DNA of 63,600 nt, filler included, from Reclinomonas americana ATCC 50394 (Eukaryota), in the NCBI GenBank assembly GCA_048213135.1. It is 3 parts of 3 records of this genome, joined end to end, with 100 filler letters (N's around TTAATTAATTAA, not from the genome) between each part and the next. Parts side by side here need not be neighbours in the genome. Positions count along the whole stretch, not along the records: positions 1 to 29,426 come from PS015381.1; 2 more parts are not named here. One strand, written 5' to 3'. The notes below the pieces were generated by a model that ran no database searches, had not been told where the DNA came from, and worked only from the letters and a program-made list of their open reading frames with translations. Made by a program: the position numbers and the translations under genes. Of this stretch, positions 12,506-22,405 are shown piece by piece (the first letter of the stretch is position 1; the number at the start of each line of letters is the position of its first letter).

Positions 12506-15152
12506 TCACGCACGTGCAAATTCGTTCATTGTCCTCCACGTGTTGCGCGCGCTTTTGTCGCTCTCTTCCGATCCGATGCGCGGCAACGGGAAACCCGCGT
12601 CGTCTGCGCTTCCTGATGAGCTGCTGATGCCGCCGCCTGATGACTTGCGCGACCCGGCCTCTGCCTCGCCCAAGCACGCAGAAGGCGGCGATGTGGCGCC
12701 TCCTCCAGCCTNNNNNNNNNNNNNNNNNNNNNNNNNNNNNNNNNNNNNNNNNNNNNNNNNNNNNNNNNNNNNNNNNNNNNNNNNNNNNNNNNNNNNNNNN
12801 NNNNNNNNNNNNNNNNNNNNNNNNNNNNNNNNNNNNNNNNNNNNNNNNNNNNNNNNNNNNNNNNNNNNNNNNNNNNNNNNNNNNNNNNNNNNNNNNNNNN
12901 NNNNNNNNNNNNNNNNNNNNNNNNNNNNNNNNNNNNNNNNNNNNNNNNNNNNNNNNNNNNNNNNNNNNNNNNNNNNNNNNNNNNNNNNNNNNNNNNNNNN
13001 NNNNNNNNNNNNNNNNNNNNNNNNNNNNNNNNNNNNNNNNNNNNNNNNNNNNNNNNNNNNNNNNNNNNNNNNNNNNNNNNNNNNNNNNNNNNNNNNNNNN
13101 NNNNNNNNNNNNNNNNNNNNNNNNNNNNNNNNNNNNNNNNNNNNNNNNNNNNNNNNNNNNNNNNNNNNNNNNNNNNNNNNNNNNNNNNNNNNNNNNCCAC
13201 CACCACCAGCGCCGGTGAGGGAGCGAGCCAGCGCAAAGCGGCTGCGAGCGCCGTTGGTGGGGCTGGCCGAGTGCGAGGAGCCAGTTGGCGATGGGTGGCG
13301 GGCACTCAGCGGCGAGTGCGGCGCTGGCGAGCGGACGGCCAGCTCCCCGTGCTTGGTTCGCGGACTCACCGGGAGCTCGCTGGCGACGCTCGATGCACGC
13401 GGCACGGTCATGAATCCGGCGTCGCCGCTACTGCCACTGCCACCACCACCTAGGGAGTGGGGAGGTGAGAGGAGATTGCAAAGCAGGCGGGGGCAGCTAT
13501 ACATATTCTAGTTACCTCCTCGGCTTCGGCGAATGGCGGCCGCCAAGGCTGGAGTAATCGGTCGCACCGGTGTTGTGATTTGGGTGGCGGCGGCCGGCTG
13601 TGCGCCGGGAGTGGCACGACGGAACATGCTGCGGAAGCCGCTAGCTGGGGACATGGGGGGCGCGGTGCCACTGATTGAGTGGTCACTGCCGCTCGACATG
13701 GACGCCGTGCCGCTGCTGTGGCGATGCGAGGATGGAGCGGAGGGGGTGGTGGTGGTGGCGGCGGCGGCGGCGGCAGATGCGCGGAGGCGGTCGTATGACG
13801 AGCGCAGGTCGTCGAGCTCACTGGTGGGAGAGGAGAGGATTAAGGAGAGAGGGATAGCGAGTGTGCCTGCTGGTTCTTGTTCTTTTTCTCTTTCTTCTCT
13901 TTCTCTTTCTTTTCTCACAGGTGAGGGACAGGTAAGCACGATTGCTGGTTCGTGTTCTTCTTCTCAGCGATTTTCGATGTTTTTTCCACTCCTCTGCGAT
14001 TCACTCCTGTTTGCTTATCGTCAAAAGGGACAGGTAACTGCAGGTTCTCTCCTGTTTTCATCTCTGCGACTTTGCTTCTCTCCTCTCTCGTCTCTTCTCT
14101 TCTCTTCGAGTGGACAGGCAAGTCCTGGCTGTTCATGCACTTGCCGGCTATCCGACTGTCGTTTCCACTCTGTGTTTCTGCCTCCTCTCCTCTCATGTGC
14201 AGCGTACTCTGGCTGCCGTACACATACCAGCACGACTCGGAGAATCTGTTTCTCTGCTCTTCGCCAAGTCGTGCACATGACGGCTTCGTTTTCGACTCAG
14301 TAACTCTCATTCTTCTTCCTATCTGCCCTTTCTATGAGAGTGAGTACCGAGGCTGCCGTCATACCGACACAGTCGCTGGACCTGTTGTCAACTCGGCGAC
14401 ATACACTATCACTTCTTCCCGTCTCTCCTCTCCATCTCTCTTCTCCTCGCTCTGCTCTGGCGCTGGTTCTTCTTGTTCGTCTCGACGTCCTCCCTTCTCT
14501 CTTCGCCATCCCCCTCCCTTCCCCTTCGTCATCTCTTCAGGCACATACCGGCGCAGTCGCTGGTTTTCCTTTTTCGACTCGGCCACTTCGTGCTGCAGGG
14601 CGACACACTGCGTGCGCTCACGCTCCGCCACGCGCGACAGCACTTGCAAGGAGAGACGGTCGTTGCCCATTTGGAACTGTGCTGTGAGTCAGTGCGCTGT
14701 GGACAAGTGCGGTCGACGAGGTGTGGAATGTACCCGCAAAACGGGAACAATGCGCTCCAGTGTCTCCAGTGGATCGCCAAAGAGCTCACGTAGGCTCTCC
14801 TGCGCCGCATCCTGGAGGAGAGGGAGAAGAAGAAGGGTGAGGATTGCACGAGCGTTCGAGAGAGGGAGAGAGGTTGCATAAAAAGACCGATGACAGAATG
14901 ACAGTGTCACAGTCGGTGCGACAGGCCGCACAGGAGCGAGTGAGCGATGCATCACGGCGCAGGCACTGATCGCACACAAAGTGGCCACAACTGGTCACTG
15001 CGGAGGAGGCGCTGGCAATATCGCGACCGCACGCGCCGCTGTGAGCGCAATTGAAGTCAGTGGTGGTGGAATACTGGTCGACGGAAAATACGGAGCAGTG
15101 TGTGTGGCGCGAACCACTTGGGCACAAAGGCAGCGACTTCGGCGAATTGCAT
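12506..15152 (-). CDS. RNF212/Zip3-like RING (C3HC4) plus coiled-coil protein with a long Ser/Pro-rich tail
   Basis: MQFAEVAAFVPK C|GACGRDIASASSAVTSCGHFVCDQCLRRDASLTRSCAAC, then ELFGDPLETLERIVPVLR|FQ and a coiled coil; the low-complexity tail spans a gap. Confidence 0.6.
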
Positions 15153-15719
15153 GGTGTGGGGGGAGGTGGTGAAGGTGGTGAGGATAGGGCGCCTTGGAGG
15201 AAGGAGATGGTGGTCGGAGGGCGAGTTGTCTGCGCTCCTGCGCGACCGGGAAGCGAAATAAAATTTGTGGATTTTGCAAATTTGCGAATGCGCCAGTGGA
15301 TCCATGTTATGGACGCAACTGAGGATAACGAAGACTTCTGAAATCAAGCATACGTTGACTAATTTGACGGCTTCTCATGCGCATGCGCTTTATAAGCGCT
15401 CGGCAAGCATAAATTAGAAACATGCCGGCATTGACGTCGCATAAAGTGGTCAATACAGATACGCTGCAGACTACAGCAGTTGCTACGTTGTAGCTGCCGC
15501 GCGCTGTGCAGATGGGCATGGACTGAAATGAGGTTGCGTCGATCCGTGAAAGGAGAGTAATATTATTTCCGTCAGCAACATCCCGCGGCCGCCGGTGCGT
15601 GCTCGACCTCCCTTGCTGGGAGGAAGAAGATGCTGGGAACCACAAGGCATCGGGCCAGAGGCCAATAATAGTGAGACAGTGTTTCAGAACCATATGTATG
15701 CATGTCACTACGCAGCGAG

Positions 15720-17286
15720 TCACCTGGGGTGCTTGCAGAATATCGCTGTCCATGTAGCCTCTGTTGCACCGGCTGCGAGTAGTTGGTCCAGCACTTCCTG
15801 TAAATTTTCGGACGCCCTCCGGCACCACTCACGGCGGTGGACGCAAACAGAAGACTCGCGATCCTGGTCATTGTTAACCGCACTCTCGTCCATATACTCG
15901 AACACCGAACGGTCGACGATATCCGCATTGATCAAGTTCGACTTGACGAACTGAAATGCTTTCGGAAGCAGAACACACAGGTCTCTATCGTCAGCCGCCA
16001 CCATCTCCGGATCACAAGACCACTGCAATGTGTACACAAACATAAGTCCTGCAATAAATCCTCAAGATCTCCAAACAGACGCATTCACGTACAACGCACC
16101 ACTTTCAGCAAGCCTTCAACATGGTTGCTCTTCAGCAGTGCTCGCACTGATGAGGGAAATTGCACTTGAGGTCCTGGGCCATGGTATGCGACAGTTTCGA
16201 CACCTTGGTTGTTCAGGCTCCAAAGCTTGACAAGGCGCACCACCTGTACCCACCATGGCCAGCAGTACGGCTCCGAATTTTTGTCTGTCGGTACATGTGC
16301 TGCAAGTCCGGTTGCTGGTCGTCGGATGATATCGGGGATGCCAACGAACCGGTACGGGCGGTTGTCGACTTTCGAAAACCGATGCACCGCGCACATTGGT
16401 CTCGGTGCACGTGTGTTGATAAACAACCGTAACGTCGACATAACGCACTGGAAGTGGTATCTGCGCCGGCGCAACTGCCACATGACGTCGACCTGTCCAT
16501 GCATAAGGCCAAGACGTACGTATACGGAACCCATGGCCACAGCATGCGGAGTCTTGATGAGGTACTAGTGCACAGAATACGAGGCACCACCCGCACAAAA
16601 TTGACTCACCTCCTTGGCCCCGGGCATTAGCAATGCTGAAACGTAGGCGAGTGCTGCAACTCTGCGACACGATTTCAACATCGTCCACACCAAATCCGCG
16701 AAGATGCTGGTCTTGTACAATGGCATCCTTGTGGTCGACGAGGACGCTTCGCAAGTCACGACAGCGGCAGGCGTCGCGAATAACAACGGCAAAATCCAAA
16801 TCCGACCCGGGCAACACCTGCTCTGGGTTGAGATCGAGAGGCTGCTGCGCCGGTGCCTGCAGAGCTCCGAGCTGGTGAATGGTGTCGTGATGGTGAACGT
16901 CAGTGCCCAGCTCGGATGAACCAGTGGCCAACACTTGGACGATATCAACGGCTGCACCACCAGCGGTACGACGACCAGCGAAAATGTTTTGCAACACCGC
17001 CTTGAAGTGATCTTTAAACTGTGCCACCCGATCAGATTCTTCTGGTGTGAGTGAAATGTGCTCGAGCACATTGCGCAGTACTCGCGATTCACACTTGAGC
17101 TCGGCACAACAGTTGGCGCCGGTGGGTTCTGCGCACATGCCACACGTCGAGGATTGCAATGAAAACTCAGTGTCACACGCAGCGTCTGTCTGTGATCACT
17201 TCACGAAACTGAGCAGAGACCGTGCAACAGCGGAGATTGGGGCAGCAAGCGCCACAAACACCGCCGCAACGGCAAAGAGGACCATG
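15720..17286 (-). CDS. OAS/cGAS/CD-NTase (SMODS)-like nucleotidyltransferase, multi-exon
   Basis: Pol-beta signature LATGSSELGTD(intron?)VLPGSDLDFAVVI (GS at ~16914-16922, DLD at 16794-16802); third-Asp VDV at 16484-16492; VVRLVKLW at 16220-16243; LKSNHVEGLL; C-terminal ATWTAIF. Some exon junctions are inferred. Confidence 0.65.
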
Positions 17287-18618
17287 TCGCGCTCACGCAC
17301 ACAGCGAGTCGGGTTGGTTGTCCAACTCCGTTCGCTTGATTCTGGTCCGCTGTCGCAAATAAGTTGTCAACCCACCGACATGCACCTTCGTTCGCTGCAC
17401 ATCATTATTTCCGACGGCTTGCGTTCGGCTGAGTTGTGAGTTGCCCCTGCTGAGTCGGCTTCGAGGAACAGGTCGTATTTCTCTTACCTGCACCTCGGTG
17501 TTGGTGCTCCATTTATCAAGCGCGATTTTACAACATATTTCCACTAGTGAACGACCAGTCACCAATAAGACGGGGCATCTTTCATTTGCTTGTGTCCTCC
17601 TCTTGCGAAGAGGACATACACTGGCTAATAGATGACCATGGTGGGTCGTAGCACCAGTCATTTGCCTCTCCCGTCCCAGAATACTTATCAATTACTCACG
17701 CACAAGAATCGTTGGCTTCCGCCGATAGATTAAGGACGTGGAGATAGACGAGGTGCGCACGGGCACCGACAGATCCGGGAACAGGAGGAAACAAGGGTTA
17801 CTACACACGCATCCGTCGCCGTAGTAGACCGCAGTTGNNNNNNNNNNNNNNNNNNNNNNNNNNNNNNNNNNNNNNNNNNNNNNNNNNNNNNNNNNNNNNN
17901 NNNNNNNNNNNNNNNNNNNNNNNNNNNNNNNNNNNNNNNNNNNNNNNNNNNNNNNNNNNNNNNNNNNNNNNNNNNNNNNNNNNNNNNNNNNNNNNNNNNN
18001 NNNNNNNNNNNNNNNNNNNNNNNNNNNNNNNNNNNNNNNNNNNNNNNNNNNNNNNNNNNNNNNNNNNNNNNNNNNNNNNNNNNNNNNNNNNNNNNNNNNN
18101 NNNNNNNNNNNNNNNNNNNNNNNNNNNNNNNNNNNNNNNNNNNNNNNNNNNNNNNNNNNNNNNNNNNNNNNNNNNNNNNNNNNNNNNNNNNNNNNNNNNN
18201 NNNNNNNNNNNNNNNNNNNNNNNNNNNNNNNNNNNNNNNNNNNNNNNNNNNNNNNNNNNNNNNNNNNNNNNNNNNNNNNNNNNNNNNNNNNNNNNNNNNN
18301 NNNNNNNNNNNNNNNNNNNNNNNNNNNNNNNNNNNNNNNNNNNNNNNNNNNNNNNNNNNNNNNNNNNNNNNNNNNNNNNNNNNNNNNNNNNNNNNNNNNN
18401 NNNNNNNNNNNNNNNNNNNNNNNNNNNNNNNNNNNNNNNNNNNNNNNNNNNNNNNNNNNNNNNNNNNNNNNNNNNNNNNNNNNNNNNNNNNNNNNNNNNN
18501 NNNNNNNNNNNNNNNNNNNNNNNNNNNNNNNNNNNNNNNNNNNNNNNNNNNNNNNNNNNNNNNNNNNNNNNNNNNNNNNNNNNNNNNNNNNNNNNNNNNN
18601 NNNNNNNNNNNNNNATCC

Positions 18619-19686
18619 ATGTCGTGGAGACGAGCTTCTGCGGTCGCATTTGCGGTTGGGGGTGGGCTGAACATGTTTGCGAATTCACACGACGTCGATC
18701 GCATCGGCGCCGGCTCCGGTGCACTTCCACTTGCCGATCAACGAGCCCGGAAGTCGTCGTGGGGATTGTTGTCGGCCTCTTCGGGTGCATTGTTTGCACT
18801 TGAACGTGGTTGGTTTGCTGTGAGGTCAACAATTCTGCTGCGTTGCTCCTCACGCTTGGGCATTGGTGTCGCAGCACATGAAGACACCTTGAATGGCATG
18901 TTCGGGAATGGACAGCATCGTCGATTTGATACGCCAGCGAGTGTGCCTCAAGCGACACCTGATCATATGCATGCAGCTCACCAAACGAAGCAGCATTTCC
19001 AAGGTACTGGCAACGGTCTGTGAATGTGCGCGCGTGCTTCGCCAAATTATGCGTGCACTCTCCTCAATCGCAATTGCACTCGCAGCTCCTCCTCAGTCGC
19101 ACATCGGGACCATGTCCAGCGCGGAAATGCTGGGTCGCGCACACTGGCATATTCAAGCATCTTTCTCATCTCACGGAAAGCAACGGCTCCATCACTATGA
19201 TGAAAGTACGTTCACGATAATCTGTAGATCGATGCGTGCAAACGATCAGTCATTAATTGATCAATATTCTGCTACATGCACAGGTCAAAGCTACGCCGCA
19301 AGTGCTGGAAGATTGGCTCAATCCCAAAACGACAAGATGACCGAAGGTCAGTAACCGCAGCGCGTTTGCACGTCTGCATGCTTTCGAATACTGACATTGA
19401 TCTGTCACATATGTACATGTCTGCCCCGATTCGATGATCTTCCGCACGTGTGCCTCTGGCAGCCAGTGCCCTGAAGCTCGATTTGCAGGTCGATGTGATG
19501 AAGCAGGTTCCAGCTGCCGCCCCCAAGGTCGCCCAAAAAGCAATTGATTTGGAGACACTGCACAAACAACTGGGAATCATTGACCCGTTGCCTCAAACTG
19601 TTTTGAATTCGGAATATGTGCGTCGTTACGCACACACCACTGGTGACGATTTGTCGCCGCCGTTTGGCGCGGCTGCGGGGGCCTAG
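18619..19686. other. Unresolved probable spliced coding region between the NTase and SAVED genes
   Basis: Non-repetitive sequence with several ORF fragments and candidate splice sites (e.g. aaa|gtacgt ~19206, cacag|gtc ~19283, ttgcag|GTCGATGTG ~19488 leading to VDVMKQVPAAAPKVAQKAIDLETLHKQLGIIDPLP). No consistent model or family was recognised; its left edge abuts a ~780-nt gap. Confidence 0.3.
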
Positions 19687-19947
19687 GACTGCATACGCAG
19701 CGAGAGCTCGAGAAGAGTGACCGATTCGTCTACTGATGTCGATCGCGCGCGATTGTGAGGTTGAGAGAGCATTTGAAACAATACTTTAAGTACACACCCT
19801 CTGGCCTTGTGATCGTGAAGAAATGGCCATCGTGTGCTCGCATAGGTGCTGCGGGAAGTAACGAGTGCCGTTAAAAGAGGGTGGCTCGCCTAAAATTCAT
19901 GATCAAAGGCCAGGACATCCGATTGACCATTCGCAGCTCAGTGAGCC

Positions 19948-22034
19948 ATGATCATGGTTCGCTTTCTGCGGCTTGCAGTCAGCGCGTCGCCGATTATGAA
20001 GAGCACTCTCGCCTTTGCTGGGCGAGAATCGACGCGTACGACAGCCACACTGACTCCTTCGTGGTTGTCTGCTACCAGCTTGCGCACATGCTCGATGTTA
20101 GCACCACCTCTGTTGCTCCGCATGCCGTCGATGCGTTTGTATTCCACGCAAGCGCCGATTGTCAACACTGCTGGTGGTGGTACGTTTCTATGTGTGTGTC
20201 TGTGTGCTCGTTGTGTGTTTGGATGTGCGAGTGAGAGAGAGAGTGCGAGACTGCGCATGCATTGTTCGAACTTGTCGTACTGTAATTGTCAGATGTGCTC
20301 TCCTTCTCTCACACACTCGCACGCTCGTACTCGTACTCAATAGTAGACGTATACATGTGCAGTATCCAGTGGTAGTCGCGGTTCTGATCATGATGGCAAT
20401 CGTGGTGGTGGCAATCAACATGATGAAAGTGAGAATCACACCCCCAAGCTCAAGTGGCGGGCAGTGATTGGATGGAAAAGTGCAGCGATGGCGGTGGGCG
20501 CTGCTTACTTACTGTACGACTACTTCCTCGGTGAGCGCTTGAACAAGGTGTGTGCTGATCATGCATGTTCGAATTCAGTGATCATCACTGCGGACGATCA
20601 GAGTAATGAGTGTGGCCATGGTGGTGCAATACGCAGACCACGGTGGTCGACTGGTACTGCTTCGATGCATATGGTGGCCCGGCGCAGGCATTTGGTGCAA
20701 GCCGGGCGGAGCCGACGAAAGACGAGAGAAACGTTCTGGACGTTGTCGCTGAAGAGCGCACTGACATCGGCCCGCTGTACACCATTTTCAGCTTCATTGT
20801 CGACTCCATGATCGAGCACCTTCCGTTTGACGTCAGCAAACTGATGCCGACGGATGTTGAGGCGTATTTTGTGCGCCTGTGTCAGAAGCGTGTTCGGAAA
20901 AATATGATCACCAAGCACAGTACCATGATCACCGCCAGTGTCGACGACACTGAGAACAAGGACGGTGGATATCACAAGTGGGGTGCGCCATGGTCTGTCG
21001 CTCAGTGGCGACGTGTCGAGCAACAGGTGAGTGTGCGCATGCAAAATATTGCAATTGCATGTTTTATTTGCTTCTGTATATGTGCTTGCATTTGCATTGT
21101 CGGCGTGCAAACTTCACTACGTACTGACTACCATCGGACGGCTTGCAGGTATCTGTGCTTTCAGCGGCAGCAGCCAATACGCACAGCGAGCATGGAAGTC
21201 ATGTGATGATGGTCAGTTCATTGGCGCCGACCGCCATCCATTTGCTCCTCGGCTATCAGCTTGCTCATCATCGCGTTGCCGACCGGGTGATCTTTGCCAA
21301 TCCTGTGCCTCGGACGGCTGAGCCAGGTGCGCTATGATCATTGTTGGTGGCGGCAATTGTTGTCACTGATCATGACGATTTCTTGACTGCAGTGAAACCG
21401 GTGGTGTGGTTTCGTCGACGTGCGGTTCACGATGCTGCAGCTGACCCGTACAAGCCGAAATCACACCTCAGCTGTCAGCTCCGGCCGGGTGCTACGTCGT
21501 TATCAGTCCCTGTGCCACACAAGAATATCATCTTGTTCGTGCACAGCGATCCGTCCCACTCCCTCGCGGACGATCGCGTTAAACAAATCCATGATATCCT
21601 GCGAGAGGTACATTCGATCTTTATGTTTTGTGCACCTTTTCCTGTGATGTTCTTAAGCTATCATTTACTCTGTGCTTTAATTCTCACCGCTTCGACGTCG
21701 ACGTCTGCAGAAATTCGGTATTACGGACGCGAAGGTGTACGATTTTGAGATCGGCACTGGTGCGTCAGGAAAGCCGCTGGACGACACGCATGCTGCTGAA
21801 GCCCTGAGTCGGCTCTCCGACTTGGTGCGCAACGGCAAGTCTCCTTTGGCAAGTGCCGACACCGTGGCGATTGTGTCGTCGGCTCCGCAGTTCATCACCA
21901 GCACGCTTGGTCTGGTGTTGGGGGCCGCGTACAGTCTGCCGTCCCCGCGCCGCGTGTTGGCGTTCAATAGTGATGCCATGGGAGTAAGTTTGGCTTTTGT
22001 TTTGAAGGATCCGGATGCAGACAGCACTCTGTAG
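19948..22034 (+). CDS. Membrane-anchored SAVED-domain protein with a putative mitochondrial presequence
   Basis: Six exons (19948-20179, 20363-20547, 20637-21026, 21149-21326, 21393-21607, 21711-22034), all GT-AG and in frame. Two SAVED-type motifs MMVSSLAPTAIHLLLGYQL and VAIVSSAPQFITSTLGLVL; linker Trp (VVWF); NIILFVHS strand; terminal SLAFVL; hydrophobic segment AVIGWKSAAMAVGAAYLLYDYFLG. Confidence 0.6.
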
Positions 22035-22405
22035 GTGCTTGATTTGTGATATTGCCTGTGTGCCTTGATTATTCTTATTGACAGCCTGCATGAATGGGCA
22101 TTCATATTCATCGTGAGAAACTTGGTGAATATCACACCGACCATGAATGAATTCGACGCGTTTCCTATCATATCATGCGCGCTGTGTCTAGATCTGCGAG
22201 GGTTGCAGTTCTTGCTCAGCTTGTTCGAATTCGAAGCAGCAGCGAGAGTGAACACGTACGCAAGAAACCGCCGCTGCGTTGCCGTAGAGGCTGGTGCTTG
22301 GTATTGTTTGAGAAATGGTTGGACTTGTTCAAGAGTGTCTCCTCGACCGCTGCTATCCGATCGCGAACAACCAAACCAATCTCTCTGCTGCACCAATCAA
22401 TCGAC

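Noticed and set aside
19405..19635. Minus-strand GDLGGGS resembling an ASKHA/Ppx motif
   Set aside because: It is an isolated motif, antisense to a plausible plus-strand AAPKVA segment, with no other ASKHA motifs nearby.
20363..20430. Hydrophobic VVVAVLIMMAIVVVAINMM as a second TM helix (2TM-SAVED)
   Set aside because: That frame ends at 20467. Splice phase puts this exon in the SSGSRGSDHDGNRGGG frame, continuous with the downstream TM segment.
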